Shown here one piece after another: positions 1 to 10,660 of a stretch of 64,000 nucleotides of DNA. Source of the stretch: an uncultured Verrucomicrobiota bacterium (lineage in GTDB: Bacteria; Verrucomicrobiota; Verrucomicrobiia; Limisphaerales; UBA9464); NCBI GenBank assembly GCA_903842505.1, contig CAIMMI010000283.1, positions 2,568 to 66,567 of the forward strand, in the 5' to 3' direction. Numbering within the stretch: the stretch's first letter is position 1; each line of letters begins with the position of its first letter. The notes beneath the pieces were generated by a model that worked only from the letters and a program-made list of their open reading frames with translations, made no database searches and was not told where the DNA came from. The position numbers and the translations under genes were made by a program.

Positions 1-57
1 AAGGGCCAGGAGCCAAAGCAAACAGATCAGCCGGGGGGGGAGGGGGTACTCCTTCAT
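1..57 (-). CDS. 5' end (19 codons) of a secreted or membrane protein gene that runs off the window start (partial)
   Basis: Minus-strand ATG at 57-55 followed by MKEYPLPPRLICLLWLLAL, which is signal-peptide-like. The ATG overlaps the TGA of the upstream small ORF in an ATGA junction. Confidence 0.3.
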   Translation of the reverse strand, partial: MKEYPLPPRLICLLWLLAL

Positions 58-242
58 GCGAACGCGCCCACAGTGGGTCGAAAAAGGGGACTTCTGCGAG
101 CCCGGAAAATCACCTGAAACCTGCTGAGACGGTCGGTGAAGTCCTTCGGGTCAATGACTCCGTGAAGTCGGGGGAGAAGCCGGGATCTCCGACGCGCCGC
201 GGTGACTTTCCGCGGCATTGCTGCGAGGCTCGGCTGAGCCAT
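54..242 (-). CDS. small basic hypothetical protein (62 aa, or 54 aa from the ATG at 218)
   Basis: This is the only sizeable ORF covering 58-240. Its stop overlaps the start of the next minus-strand gene (ATGA). I recognise no family. The start at 242 would overlap the divergent TatD-family start at 241, so the ATG at 218 is more plausible. Confidence 0.25.
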   Translation of the reverse strand: MAQPSLAAMPRKVTAARRRSRLLPRLHGVIDPKDFTDRLSRFQVIFRARRSPLFRPTVGAFA

Positions 243-1116
243 GCGGGCCTACGACGCGCACAATCATCTTCAGGACGAACGCCTGGCGGCGTGGCGCGGA
301 CCGATCCTTGATGCCTGCCGGAGTGCGGGCGTCCAGCGGATGGTCGTCAACGGGGCCTGTGCGTCGGACTGGCCGGATGTGGTCCGCCTGGCGGCCGACA
401 ATCCGGATCTGGTGATCCCCAGCCTGGGTTGGCATCCGTGGTACCTGCACGAGCGCCGAAGGGGGTGGGAGGGGGAGTTTCGGGAATGGCTGGACCGGAC
501 GCCGGGGGGGATGGTGGGCGAGATTGGTCTCGACCGATGGATCCTGGATCAACCTGCAGGGCTGCGTGCCCGGTATGTCCCGGCGCTGGGTGAAGTGGAA
601 CCGACGGCCCTGGAAGAACAGGTGGAGGTCTTCCGCTTCCAGTTGGCGGAAGCGGCTGCCCGCGATCTGCCGGCCTCGATCCATTGCCTCCAGTGCTGGG
701 GCCGGATGCTGGAGATCCTGAAGGAGGGACCGGTGCCGGCGTGCGGATTCCTGCTGCACAGCTACGGCGGGCCGGTCGAGTTGGTGGGGGAGTTCGTGCG
801 GTTGGGAGCTTACTTTGGATTCCCTGGGTACTTCCTGCACCCGCGCAAGGAGCGGCAGCGGGAGGTGTTCCGGAAGGTTCCGCTGGAACGGGTGCTGGTG
901 GAGACCGATGCGCCGGACCAGTCCCCTCCGGATGAATTCCTGGAGCACCGATTGGAGGGCGGCGTGGCTGGGAGGCCGCTGAATCACCCGGCGAATCTGG
1001 TGGGGATCCAACGGGCCTTGGCGGGCGTGCTGGAGGTGGCGCCCGAGCGGTTGGAGGACCAGTTGGAGCAGAACTTCCAGCGGTTGTTTCTGGGGGGATC
1101 AGTCCGATCGGTCTGA
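241..1116 (+). CDS. TatD-family metal-dependent hydrolase
   Basis: 291-aa ORF with an N-terminal YDAHNHL metal-ligand motif, plus IHCLQCWG, LLHSYGGP and LVETDAPDQ, all typical of TatD/YcfH-type hydrolases. Confidence 0.85.
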   Translation: MRAYDAHNHLQDERLAAWRGPILDACRSAGVQRMVVNGACASDWPDVVRLAADNPDLVIPSLGWHPWYLHERRRGWEGEFREWLDRTPGGMVGEIGLDRWILDQPAGLRARYVPALGEVEPTALEEQVEVFRFQLAEAAARDLPASIHCLQCWGRMLEILKEGPVPACGFLLHSYGGPVELVGEFVRLGAYFGFPGYFLHPRKERQREVFRKVPLERVLVETDAPDQSPPDEFLEHRLEGGVAGRPLNHPANLVGIQRALAGVLEVAPERLEDQLEQNFQRLFLGGSVRSV

Positions 1117-1194
1117 TCCGACCGATCGTACCGATCTTTTGCAGGGGAGGCTCGTGGGTTGTCACGGGGGGCGTGGGTGGCGCACGGTGCAGGC

Positions 1195-2598
1195 ATGCGT
1201 CGCGGGTTGAGGTGGGTGTTCCGGATTCTGGCGGCCTTGGTCGTCCTGATTGGGGTGGCGGTTGTGGCCTTGGTGTCGCCCGTGGATGACCGGCCGTACC
1301 TGCGGACGGCGTATCATTCCAACACCGTGGTCCGCTTGAATGCCGCGCTGGCGTCCCTGCCAACGGCGCCGGAAAGACAGGTGGTGAAGGCTGGTTGGGC
1401 GCGGGTGAAGCTGACGCCAACGATGGGAACGGCGGCGGATGCACCGGCGAAAGGCGAGTTTCGGTGGGTGCCGTTGGCCGGGTTCGGGGCGAGGCGGGGA
1501 GCGCCGGCGGAGGGAGTCCACGACGATGTCTGGGTGAAGGCACTGGCCTTGGAGTCGGGGGGGCGTCGGGTGGTGTTCGTGGGGATCGATGCGTTGATTG
1601 TGCCGAGGGAGGTGTCGGAAGCGGTGGCGGCAGAACTGGGGCGGAGTCCGGGGTTGCGACGGGAGGAACTCTATCTGGGCGCGACCCACACGCACTCGAG
1701 CGTGGGGGGGTGGGGTGAGGGCGTGGTGGCGGAGGCGTTCGCGGGGGATTTCCAGCCGGGGGTTCGGACCTGGATGACTCATTGTCTGGTGGAAGCGGTG
1801 CGTGGCGCGCTCGCGGGTATGGGGTCAGCGGAGGTGGCCGTGGGTTCATTCCGGGCTCCGGGACAGGTCCGGAACCGTCTGGTGGGCGAAGCGGGGCGGG
1901 TGGACGACGAGTTCAGCCTGCTGGCCGTGAAGAAGGCGGAGGGCGGGACTGCCGTGCTTGGCGCGTTTGCAGCCCACGCGACCGTGCTGGGATCGGGGAA
2001 CCGCCAGTTCAGCGGGGACTATCCGGGGCACTGGGCCGCGGAAGTGGAAAAGGCGACGGGTGGGATGGCGGTGTTCATCGCGGGTGGCGTGGGCAGCCAT
2101 TCACCGCAGACGGGTGCGGGAACCGACTTCGAGCGGGTCGCAGGTCTTGGATCCCGTCTGGCATTGGAGACCGTGGGTCGGGTGAGCCAGATGAAGTTTC
2201 AGTCGCAGGTGGAACTGGCGGTGGCCGGGATCGAAGTGGACCTGCCGCCGCTCAATCCGCGGGTGTCGGACGACATCCGGATCCGACCCTGGGCGGCGGA
2301 GAAACTGTTGCCGGTGCGGCCGACCTCGTTCCTGCAGGGAGTCCGGATCGGCGACACCGTCTGGGTGTCAACACCCTGCGACTTCTCGGGAGAGTTGGCG
2401 CTGGTCCTGAAGGAACACGCCCAGTCCCGCGGACGCCGCCTGACCGTCACGAGCTTCAATGGCGATTACATCGGATACGTCATCCCGACGAAGTACTATC
2501 ACCTCGGCGGGTATGAACCGCAGACCATGTCCTTTCATGGTCCGGCGACGGCGGATTACTTCGAGGAGTTGATCCGCCGGTTGGTGGACGGGATCTGA
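1195..2598 (+). CDS. neutral/alkaline ceramidase-like N-terminal domain protein, membrane-anchored
   Basis: ORF 1159..2598, with the start moved to ATG 1195 (MRRGLRWVFRILAALVVLIGVAVVALV is a TM anchor). Motifs PLAGFG, DDVWVKALAL, GIDALIVP and LGATHTHSSVGGWG resemble the ceramidase-like family. Confidence 0.65.
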   Translation: MRRGLRWVFRILAALVVLIGVAVVALVSPVDDRPYLRTAYHSNTVVRLNAALASLPTAPERQVVKAGWARVKLTPTMGTAADAPAKGEFRWVPLAGFGARRGAPAEGVHDDVWVKALALESGGRRVVFVGIDALIVPREVSEAVAAELGRSPGLRREELYLGATHTHSSVGGWGEGVVAEAFAGDFQPGVRTWMTHCLVEAVRGALAGMGSAEVAVGSFRAPGQVRNRLVGEAGRVDDEFSLLAVKKAEGGTAVLGAFAAHATVLGSGNRQFSGDYPGHWAAEVEKATGGMAVFIAGGVGSHSPQTGAGTDFERVAGLGSRLALETVGRVSQMKFQSQVELAVAGIEVDLPPLNPRVSDDIRIRPWAAEKLLPVRPTSFLQGVRIGDTVWVSTPCDFSGELALVLKEHAQSRGRRLTVTSFNGDYIGYVIPTKYYHLGGYEPQTMSFHGPATADYFEELIRRLVDGI

Positions 2599-2606
2599 CG
2601 CGGGCG

Positions 2607-3545
2607 TCAGTGCGTCGCCGAGAATTCGTCCGCGTGGTAGGAGCTACGGACGAGCGGACCGCTGGCGACATGGATGAAACCCATTTCCTCGGCGATCCGG
2701 CCGTACTCGGCGAACTTCTCCGGGGAGACGTAGTCGACGACGGGCAGGTGCTTCAGGGTGGGCTGGAGGTACTGGCCGAGGGTGAGGATGTCGACCCGGG
2801 CGGTGCGGAGGTCGCGCATGGATTCGAGGACCTCGGACTCCTGTTCCCCGAGGCCCAGCATCATGCCGGACTTGGTATGGATGCGTTCGCCGGCGCGGTC
2901 CTTGACCTTGCGGAGCACGGCGAGGGATCGGTCGTACATCGCGCGGTGGCGGACGGAGGGTGTGAGGCGGCGGACGGTTTCGAGGTTGTGGTTGAAGATC
3001 TCGGGGGAGGCTTCGATGACGCGGTCGAGGGCGAAGTCCCGGTCGAGGAAGTCCGGAGTGAGCACCTCGACGACGATACCGGGGTTCAGTTCGCGGACGG
3101 CGGCGATGGTGGAGGCGAAGTGTTCGGCGCCGCCATCCTGCAGGTCATCGCGGGCGACCGCGGTGATCACGACGTGCTTCAGACCGAGACGACGGGTGGC
3201 TTCGGCGACGCGGCGGGGTTCGTCCTGTTCGAGGGCGAAGGGCTTGGCCGTGCTGACGGCGCAGAAGCCGCAGGCGCGGGTGCAGCGGTCGCCGGCGATC
3301 ATGAAGGTCGCGGTGCCCTTGCTCCAGCATTCCCAATGGTTCGGGCACTTGGCGCTCTCGCAGACCGTATGGAGTTTCAGGTCTTCGAGCAGGACCCGGG
3401 TCTTGGTGAACGCACTGCTCGCGGGCAGCGAAACCTTCAGCCAATCCGGCAGGCGGCGACGCGACCGCAGGGCGATCGGTGCCGGAGCCGCTTCGAGGCC
3501 GATTGCCGGCCCTGATCCACAGGTACTCATCCGTGGGGCCAACAT
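2607..3545 (-). CDS. lipA: lipoyl synthase
   Basis: Contains CESAKCPNHWECW and the radical-SAM motif CTRACGFCAV. The 431-aa ORF is trimmed to an internal ATG (3545, or alternatively 3530) because the upstream ~120 codons are Ser/Pro/Ala-rich shadow sequence. Confidence 0.9.
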   Translation of the reverse strand: MLAPRMSTCGSGPAIGLEAAPAPIALRSRRRLPDWLKVSLPASSAFTKTRVLLEDLKLHTVCESAKCPNHWECWSKGTATFMIAGDRCTRACGFCAVSTAKPFALEQDEPRRVAEATRRLGLKHVVITAVARDDLQDGGAEHFASTIAAVRELNPGIVVEVLTPDFLDRDFALDRVIEASPEIFNHNLETVRRLTPSVRHRAMYDRSLAVLRKVKDRAGERIHTKSGMMLGLGEQESEVLESMRDLRTARVDILTLGQYLQPTLKHLPVVDYVSPEKFAEYGRIAEEMGFIHVASGPLVRSSYHADEFSATH

Positions 3546-3576
3546 GGGGACCCATTGGCCGTTGGCAAGCGTCGGG

Positions 3577-4185
3577 TCAGTCCGGACGTGCAAGACGGAG
3601 CTGTTCGCCGCCGCGCAGGTAAACGTCGCCGCCGCCGCGGGCGACGAGGTCGAGTTGGGAAAGATCGGGGAAACCGTCGGATCCAAGGACGGCGTCATCG
3701 ACGTGGAGGGCGACGATGCGGCCAAGGACAATATTGCCGCCAGCGGGGCCCTCGCTGACGCGGATGATGCGATCCAGTCGGCACTCGAAGGAGATCGGGG
3801 AACCGGCGACGTGGGGAGGGCGGACGTGGGAAGAAGGGCTTGGGGAGACGTGGAACCGCTCGAACTCGCTCTCGCCGTGGGGAAGGGAGGCAGCGGTGTC
3901 ATTCATGGCGCTGCAGAGTCGGGCTGGGACGAGGTTGACGACGAACTCGCCCGTTTCCTCGACGTTGCGAAGCGTGTCCTTGGGGCGGCCGAAGCGGTCG
4001 TTGACGGGGCAGAAGAGGAGGGTGGGTGGCTTGGCGCAGACGCCCATGAAGAAGCTGAACGGCGCGAGGTTCGTGCGTCCCTGGGTGTCGAGCGTCGAAA
4101 CCCAGGCGATGGGGCGCGGGAGGATCGTGTGGATCATCCACTGGTACATGTCGCGGATGGAGAGGGCCTCGGGATCGAGATGCAT
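3577..4185 (-). CDS. flavin reductase family protein (FMN-binding split barrel)
   Basis: MHLDPEALSIRDMYQWMIHTILPRPIAWVSTLD...NLAPFSFF is typical of flavin reductase-like domain proteins. The start is taken at the internal ATG 4185. Confidence 0.8.
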   Translation of the reverse strand: MHLDPEALSIRDMYQWMIHTILPRPIAWVSTLDTQGRTNLAPFSFFMGVCAKPPTLLFCPVNDRFGRPKDTLRNVEETGEFVVNLVPARLCSAMNDTAASLPHGESEFERFHVSPSPSSHVRPPHVAGSPISFECRLDRIIRVSEGPAGGNIVLGRIVALHVDDAVLGSDGFPDLSQLDLVARGGGDVYLRGGEQLRLARPD

Positions 4186-4296
4186 GGTTGCGGGTAGGGG
4201 TTGCGTGACGGGTTGGCGGTGGGCACGAAAAATCCCGCAGGGGATCCGGGGTGGCTGCAAAGCCCCATGGAATCCGCTGCGGGAGTGGTTGACGAC

Positions 4297-6012
4297 TCAG
4301 CGGCCCTGCGTGCCGAGGCTGAGGAGGAACATGATGTTGTTCGGCGTCTTCTTGAGCTTGTTGAGGAGCAGTTCCATCGACTCGACGGGCGGCACGCTGG
4401 TGAGCGCGCGGCGCAGGACGGCGACGCGGTTGAACTCGTCCGGGTGGTAAAGGAGCTCCTCCTTGCGGGTGCCGGAACGTTCGATGTTGATCGAAGGGAA
4501 GATCCGGCGATCGACGAGGGCGCGATCGAGGTGGACCTCCATGTTGCCGGTGCCCTTGAACTCCTCGAAGATGACCTCGTCCATGCGGGACCCGGTATCG
4601 ACGAGGGCGGTGGCCATGATGGTGAGGGAACCGCCTTCCTCGATATTGCGCGCGGCGCCGAAGAAGCGCTTGGGCTTGTGGAGGGCGTTGGCGTCCACGC
4701 CGCCGGAGAGGATCTTTCCGGAGTGGGGTTGGACGGTGTTGTAGGCGCGTGCGAGGCGCGTGATTGAATCCAGGAGGATGACGACATCCTTCTTGTGCTC
4801 AACGAGACGGCGGGCCTTCTCGATGACCATCTCGGCGACCTGGACGTGGCGCTCGGGCGGTTCGTCGAAGGTCGATGAAACGACCTCGGCGCCGCGGCAC
4901 GTCCGTTCCATGTCGGTCACTTCCTCAGGACGTTCGTCGATGAGGAGGATGATGAGGTGGGACTCCTTGTTGTTGGCGAGGATGGCGTTGGCCAGCTTCT
5001 GCATCAGCACGGTCTTGCCGGTGCGGGGCGGGGCGACGATGAGGCCGCGGGTGCCCTTGCCGATGGGGCAGACGAGGTCGACGACGCGGGTGTTGAGTTC
5101 GTCGGGGGCGGTTTCGAGGAGGAAACGCTTCTGGGGGAAGAGCGGCGTCAGATTCTCGAAGTGGGTCTTCTCCTTGGCGATGTCGGGGTCGAGTCCAGCG
5201 ACCTTCTCGACCCTGAGGAGCGCGTAGAACTTCTCCTTGTCCTTGGGCGGGCGGACCTGGCCCTCGACGTCGTCGCCGGTCTGGAGATCAAAGCGGCGGA
5301 TCTGGGAGGGCGAGACGTAGATGTCCTCTGGGCAGGGGAGGTAGTTGAAGGCGGGGGACCGAAGGAAGCCGAAGCCCTCGGGCATGACTTCGAGGATGCC
5401 ACGGGTGTAGATCGTGCCGCCGGCCTGGAGGTTGCGCTGGACGATCTGGAAGATGATCTCCTGGCGCTTGAGCGTGCCGTAATTCTCGATGCCGAACTCC
5501 TTGGCCACCTCGCTGAGCGGGGTGATGGGCATCGGTTGGAGTTCGTGCAGGTGGATCGTCCGGGGCGAAACCTTGATGGTGGGAGCCTCGGGAGCCGGGG
5601 GGGCGGGAGTATCCTCGTTGGGATTCTCCATGCGTTCCCTGGGTCTCGGGGTGGACTTCAGGACGAGGGGAGGTTCCTCGTCGAGTTCACTGGCAACGGG
5701 GAGAGGTTCGACCGGGGCCAGCTCCGCTGCGGACGGTTCCTCGAAGCGGGGGACGGGTGTGGGCTCGGGTTTCGGCTCAGGCCGGGCAATGAGATCCGGT
5801 TGGGTGGCAGTCGGGGACTCGGTCTGCCGGGCGGCACCCCGACGGCCCTTGGCGGGCTTGGGTGCGGGCGGCGGTTCCGGTTCGGGTTCCTGAACGGAGG
5901 CAGCGGGGATTTCCGGAGCCGACTCCGGCAGGATGGGATCTTCCTCAGCCGCCTTCTTGCGGGGCGCGCGGGGCTTCTTGGGCGCCGCCGCTTCTTTTGG
6001 TGCTCTTGCCAT
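4297..6012 (-). CDS. rho: transcription termination factor Rho with a ~155-aa Pro/Glu/Ala-rich N-terminal extension
   Basis: Walker [23 protein letters not shown]-binding region GFGFLRS, and a conserved C-terminus. The start is at ATG 6012 ([13 protein letters not shown]). The ORF-track extension to 6948 is shadow sequence that overlaps glnD. Confidence 0.92.
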   Translation of the reverse strand: MARAPKEAAAPKKPRAPRKKAAEEDPILPESAPEIPAASVQEPEPEPPPAPKPAKGRRGAARQTESPTATQPDLIARPEPKPEPTPVPRFEEPSAAELAPVEPLPVASELDEEPPLVLKSTPRPRERMENPNEDTPAPPAPEAPTIKVSPRTIHLHELQPMPITPLSEVAKEFGIENYGTLKRQEIIFQIVQRNLQAGGTIYTRGILEVMPEGFGFLRSPAFNYLPCPEDIYVSPSQIRRFDLQTGDDVEGQVRPPKDKEKFYALLRVEKVAGLDPDIAKEKTHFENLTPLFPQKRFLLETAPDELNTRVVDLVCPIGKGTRGLIVAPPRTGKTVLMQKLANAILANNKESHLIILLIDERPEEVTDMERTCRGAEVVSSTFDEPPERHVQVAEMVIEKARRLVEHKKDVVILLDSITRLARAYNTVQPHSGKILSGGVDANALHKPKRFFGAARNIEEGGSLTIMATALVDTGSRMDEVIFEEFKGTGNMEVHLDRALVDRRIFPSINIERSGTRKEELLYHPDEFNRVAVLRRALTSVPPVESMELLLNKLKKTPNNIMFLLSLGTQGR

Positions 6013-6303
6013 GGATGAAAGTGATCGAGTGTTCGTGTCGTCGGTGGACGGGTCACCCAAACGGATGGGCGGCGGATTACCTTCGGGGGGGAATACACCG
6101 ATGAGGGGGACGACGTGAACCGGGAGGGAACCGTTGGAGGTAAACCCGTGGACGACAGGCGGAACATGAAGCGCAGCCGGGAGGGTGCAAACAGAAATTT
6201 TGCGACATTTGGGGGACGAACGGAACGGCGGGAATCCGGGACGAACGAACCGTCCATCGCGGGGCTCCACATTCATCCGGAGGTGGGGCAGAGTGGGCCC
6301 CGG

Positions 6304-9033
6304 GTGAACCACCTGATTGCAAAAATCGAGGAGAACGCGCGGCGACGGCTGATCCTGCCGCCCCTCAGCAAACCATCGGATGAACTGCCGCGGTACCGGC
6401 ACTTCCTCAAGGTGGAATCCCATCGGCTTCGGATCCTGCACCGGGGCGGGGCCGATGGTTTGACAGTCTGTCAGGCGCGGTCGGCGATGATGGACGTGCT
6501 GGTGCGGCATGTCTGGGAGGCGGTGCAGAAGGCGTTTCCTGCGCGTGGGGTGGTGCCGCGGATTGCGCTGGTGGCTTTCGGGGGGTACGGACGCGGCGAG
6601 CTGAATCCGGCCTCGGACATCGACCTGATGTTCCTGCACGCGGGTGGTCCGGCCTTGTCGACGGAGTTGCAGAAGGTGCTGGCGGACTGGACGAGCGGTC
6701 TGTTGTACACGCTTTGGGACATTGGGCTGAAGGTGGGGCACTCGGTGCGGACGGTGGACGACTGTGTGGAAGTGGCGAACGGGGACATGCAGTCGAAGAC
6801 GTCGTTGCTGGAGTCGCGTCGGGTGGCGGGGGACGAGCGGTTGTACCAAGAGTTCGAGACGCGGTTTCAGGCGAAGTGCGTGGAGGGGCACGCGGAGGAG
6901 TACATCCGGCAGCGATTGGAGGACCAGCGGGTGCGCCGGCAGAAGCATGGCAACTCACCGGCGTTGCAGGAGCCGAACATCAAGAACGGCGTGGGAGGCC
7001 TGCGGGACTTCCAGAACCTGCTCTGGATGGCGTTTTTCCAGGAGGGTTCGAAGACGCTGGAGGACCTGCAGGCGCACGACCTGCTGGGGACGGCGGAGCG
7101 GAAGCAGTTGGAGGCAGCGTACGACTATCTGTTGCGGACCCGGACCGAGTTGCACCATGTGGCGGGCCGGCCGGTCGATGTCCTGGCGGCGAACGTGAAG
7201 CCGGCGGTGGCGTTGGGGTTGGGTTACTCGGAGCGGTCACCCCGGGTTCGGGTGGAGCGGTTCATGCGGGATTACTACACGCATGCCCGGAACATCTACC
7301 TGATCACGCGGACGCTGGAGCAGCGACTTGCGTTGGGGCGCGGGCGCACCTCGACACCGGTGGTCCCGGCGGTTGGGGCGCAGTTCGACGGCTTCCGGGT
7401 GGTGGACGGGCAATTGCGCCATGTCTACAAGACGGCGCTGCGGGATGATCCTCGGCGGTTCCTGCGTGCGTTCCTGCATTGCCAGCAGCGCGGCCTTGAG
7501 TTGCATCCGGACCTGGCGCAATTGATGCGCCAACAGATGTCGGTGCTGGACCGGAGCTTTCTGGCGGACCGGCACAACCACGTGACCTTCCTCGAGATCC
7601 TGAACCAGCGGGGCAACGTGTCCGCGCACCTGCGGGCGATGCATGAGGTGGGATTCCTGGGGAAGTTCATCCCTGAGTTCGGGAAGCTCACGAATCTCGT
7701 CCAGCACGAGTTCTACCACCAGTACGCGGTCGACGAGCACACGTTGACCTGTGTGGAGAAACTGGATCAGGTCTGGAACGCGACCGAGCGGCCCTACCGC
7801 AACTACACGGAGGTGTTCCGGTCGCTGGAGCGACCCTTCGTCCTGTATCTGGCATTGCTGCTGCATGACGCGGGCAAGGCGGCGGAAACAGGGCATCATG
7901 AGATCGTGGGGGGTGAGTTGGCGCTGAAGGTGGCGAAGCGGTTGAAGCTGGATTCGGGGACCACCGACTCGCTGCGGCTGATCATCGAGTTGCATCTGCT
8001 CATGGTGCAGGTCTCGCAGCGGCGGGACCTGGAGGATCCCGGGGTCATCTCGGACTTTTCGAGGACGGTGGGGAGTCCGGAGAACCTGATGATGCTGGCG
8101 TTGCACACGTTCGCGGATTCGATGGGGACCAGCGACACGCTTTGGAATGGGTTCAAGGATTCGCTCCTGTGGACGCTCTACCACAAGGCCATGGCGTTGA
8201 TGCGTGGCGGTCCGGAATTCATCGAGGCCCAACGTGCGGTTTTGGACCGGCTCCGGGGGGAAGTGCGGGCGTTGTTGCCGAAGACCTTTGCGCCCGATGA
8301 AATCGATGCGCACTTCGAGGGGCTTCCGCCGCGCTATTTCCAGTTGCACGGGGCGCGGGACATCGTCCGGGACCTGACGCTTGCCCATCGGTTCATGCAT
8401 CTGCAGTTGACCGAGGCGGAGCGGTCGTTGGAGCCGGTGATTGCCTGGCAGGAGGACCGGGATCGCGGCTATGTGGCCGTCCATATCTGCACGTGGGACC
8501 GGGCCGGCCTGTTCGCCAAGGTTGCCGGCGCGCTGACGGCGGCGGGGTTGAACATCTTCGGTGCACAGATCTTCACGCGGGCGGACGGGATCGTTCTCGA
8601 CACCTTTTACGTGGCCGAGGCCCGGACCGGTACCCTGCCGACGCAGGAGGTCCGGGATCGGTTCGAGCGGATCCTGTTGCGGGTGTTGACGGGGGCGTTT
8701 GACCTGGATGCGGCGATCGCCAATGCCCCGAGGTATCCCTCGTTGTTCCGGGCGGGAGGCGAGCGGTTGCCCTTGAAGGTACGCGTGGCCAACGGCGAGT
8801 CACCGACGGCCACGGTGATCGACATCGAGGCGGAGGATCGGGTCGGGTTGCTCTATACGGTTTGCCGGGTTTTGTACGGGCTGGGGCTTTCGATCGCGCT
8901 GGCGCGCATCAGCACCGAAAGGGGAGCGGTGCTGGACACGTTCTACGTGACCGATGTCAAGGGATCGAAGATCGAGGATCCGGAACGTTTGGCGCGGATC
9001 GAACCCGAGCTGCGCCGTGGGCTCGGAGGATGA
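6304..9033 (+). CDS. glnD: [protein-PII] uridylyltransferase / uridylyl-removing enzyme
   Basis: Nucleotidyltransferase motif [22 protein letters not shown] domain (LLLHDAGK) and two C-terminal ACT-like repeats. The start is uncertain: GTG 6304 is chosen, and ATG 6166 or GTG 6115 are possible. Confidence 0.85.
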   Translation: MNHLIAKIEENARRRLILPPLSKPSDELPRYRHFLKVESHRLRILHRGGADGLTVCQARSAMMDVLVRHVWEAVQKAFPARGVVPRIALVAFGGYGRGELNPASDIDLMFLHAGGPALSTELQKVLADWTSGLLYTLWDIGLKVGHSVRTVDDCVEVANGDMQSKTSLLESRRVAGDERLYQEFETRFQAKCVEGHAEEYIRQRLEDQRVRRQKHGNSPALQEPNIKNGVGGLRDFQNLLWMAFFQEGSKTLEDLQAHDLLGTAERKQLEAAYDYLLRTRTELHHVAGRPVDVLAANVKPAVALGLGYSERSPRVRVERFMRDYYTHARNIYLITRTLEQRLALGRGRTSTPVVPAVGAQFDGFRVVDGQLRHVYKTALRDDPRRFLRAFLHCQQRGLELHPDLAQLMRQQMSVLDRSFLADRHNHVTFLEILNQRGNVSAHLRAMHEVGFLGKFIPEFGKLTNLVQHEFYHQYAVDEHTLTCVEKLDQVWNATERPYRNYTEVFRSLERPFVLYLALLLHDAGKAAETGHHEIVGGELALKVAKRLKLDSGTTDSLRLIIELHLLMVQVSQRRDLEDPGVISDFSRTVGSPENLMMLALHTFADSMGTSDTLWNGFKDSLLWTLYHKAMALMRGGPEFIEAQRAVLDRLRGEVRALLPKTFAPDEIDAHFEGLPPRYFQLHGARDIVRDLTLAHRFMHLQLTEAERSLEPVIAWQEDRDRGYVAVHICTWDRAGLFAKVAGALTAAGLNIFGAQIFTRADGIVLDTFYVAEARTGTLPTQEVRDRFERILLRVLTGAFDLDAAIANAPRYPSLFRAGGERLPLKVRVANGESPTATVIDIEAEDRVGLLYTVCRVLYGLGLSIALARISTERGAVLDTFYVTDVKGSKIEDPERLARIEPELRRGLGG

Positions 9034-10058
9034 ATTGCTTGAGCGATCCTGTTGCCACCTTCGACTCCCTCCTGGCGGGGCCGTCGCCCCTTTTGGCGCT
9101 GGCGCCGATGCAGGATGTCACAGACCTGCCGTTCTGGCGCCTGCTGGCACGGTACGGAGGGCCGGATGTCTACTGGACCGAGTATTCCCGGGTGCACGGG
9201 ACGAGCAGCATCGAACGTTCGGTGTTGGAGGCCATCGAAAAGAATCCCACCGGACGTCCGGCGATCGCCCAGTTGATCGGGAACGACCCCGTGGCGATGG
9301 CTCGGGCGGCGCGGGAGTTGGACCGGATGCCGATTGCGGCGGTGGATCTGAACCTGGGCTGCCCCGCCCCCGTGGTGTACCGGAAGTGCGCGGGCGGAGG
9401 CCTGTTGCGGGAACCGCGTCGGATCGATGTCCTGCTCGGGACGTTGCGGGAGGCCGTCACGCGGGTGCGCTTCACCGTGAAGACGCGGTTGGGCTTCGGC
9501 GACGCGGCAGCGGAATGGGAGCCGTTGCTGGAAGTGTTCCGTCGGCATCCTATCGACCTGCTGACCGTGCATGGCCGGACCGTCGTGGACATGTACCGCA
9601 CGGAGGTTCGGTACGACCTGATCGCGAGGGCGGTGGAGGCAATGCCCTGTCCGGTGATCGCGAACGGGAACATCTGGTCGCCGGAGCGGGCGTCGGAGGT
9701 GATGGGGCGGACGGGTGCGCGCGGGCTGATGATTGGGCGCGGTTGCATCCGGAATCCGTGGCTGTTCGAGCAGATCCGGGCGCATCAGGCGGGGCGGATG
9801 CCGGTACACCCCTCGGGACGTGAGGTGTTGGCGTATGTGCAGGCTTTGTATGAGGAGACGATCCCGGTGGCGGAGTTCCGGGAACGGTTGCAGGTCGAGA
9901 AGATGAAGAAGTACATGAACTTCATTGGCGAAGGCGTGGGGCGTCCGGCGGAGTTCCTGCATGCCATCCGGAGGGTGGAGGATCGGGCATCGTTCTTTGC
10001 GGTGTGCCGCGAGCATCTGGATCACGGGGATCCGATGCCTTTGGTGCCGCGCGGATAG
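9030..10058 (+). CDS. tRNA-dihydrouridine synthase
   Basis: LAPMQDVTDLPFWRLL, VDLNLGCPAPVV and HGRT are Dus-family motifs. ATG 9030 overlaps the glnD stop (ATGA). Confidence 0.88.
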   Translation: MNCLSDPVATFDSLLAGPSPLLALAPMQDVTDLPFWRLLARYGGPDVYWTEYSRVHGTSSIERSVLEAIEKNPTGRPAIAQLIGNDPVAMARAARELDRMPIAAVDLNLGCPAPVVYRKCAGGGLLREPRRIDVLLGTLREAVTRVRFTVKTRLGFGDAAAEWEPLLEVFRRHPIDLLTVHGRTVVDMYRTEVRYDLIARAVEAMPCPVIANGNIWSPERASEVMGRTGARGLMIGRGCIRNPWLFEQIRAHQAGRMPVHPSGREVLAYVQALYEETIPVAEFRERLQVEKMKKYMNFIGEGVGRPAEFLHAIRRVEDRASFFAVCREHLDHGDPMPLVPRG

Positions 10059-10191
10059 TTTGAAGTTTTCCGATTCCGTTTGGAGGTTGGTAGAGGGCAA
10101 TTCCGGCTTCCTTCGCCGGCGGAGTCGGAGCAACGTCAAGAATCCAGTCGTCGACTGGTCGAGGGTGGGCAACGGAGAGGAGGGTACTTCG

Positions 10192-10629
10192 GTGAATCCT
10201 TGGTGGTATGTGGCGATAGGAGCAACGGGTCTGGCGTTCGTGTTTGGAATGGCCTGCTGGCTGCGTTCGCGCGTCCGTTATGTGATCGGGCGTTCCTCGC
10301 TTCGGGTGATGTGCCTGGGCGTGACGCTGCGGCGCATCCCTTTCACGGACATCGAGCGGGCATCGACGCCGAAGCGGGAGGCGGGTTGGACGACCACGGA
10401 GAGTTGGAGGAACACGTGGAGTCCGGACCATCGGGAGTTGGTGGTTCATCGGCGTACCGGATGGCGGCGGCGGGTGTTGATCACCCCGAAGCATCGGTAT
10501 GCGTTCCGGGCGGAATTGAGGACGGCGTTGGAGAAGGCGGGCCAGTCGATGGGTGCGGAGGAGGACGAGGTGGCAGGCGTGAACCAGGACTCAGGAAAGG
10601 CTTTGGAGTCCGATGGAGTTTGCGATTGA
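10192..10629 (+). CDS. hypothetical small membrane-anchored protein
   Basis: Lies in frame with ORF 9925..10629. GTG 10192 precedes a TM helix (WWYVAIGATGLAFVFGMACWL), followed by a ~100-aa soluble domain. I recognise no family. Confidence 0.4.
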   Translation: MNPWWYVAIGATGLAFVFGMACWLRSRVRYVIGRSSLRVMCLGVTLRRIPFTDIERASTPKREAGWTTTESWRNTWSPDHRELVVHRRTGWRRRVLITPKHRYAFRAELRTALEKAGQSMGAEEDEVAGVNQDSGKALESDGVCD

Positions 10630-10660
10630 ACGCCGGGCGGACCCGGAACAGGTTGATTCG

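Noticed and set aside
347-1849. 500-aa Pro/Arg/Ser-rich minus-strand ORF. Similar long ORFs lie antisense or out of frame to real genes, for example 12736..14058 (-), 22168..24402 (+), 50131..51630 (-), 57007..59205 (+), 44622..45902 (-) and 40029..41780 (-).
   Set aside because: These are shadow ORFs typical of high-GC DNA. Their composition is extremely biased (P/R/G/A/H). They have no recognisable motifs. Each fully overlaps a gene with strong family signatures on the other strand or frame.
6013-6948. N-terminal 312-codon extension of the rho ORF (883 aa in the ORF track)
   Set aside because: The extension is Pro/His/Arg-rich, lacks Rho similarity and overlaps the well-supported glnD coding region. 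The ATG at 6012 gives a sensible Rho N-terminus.
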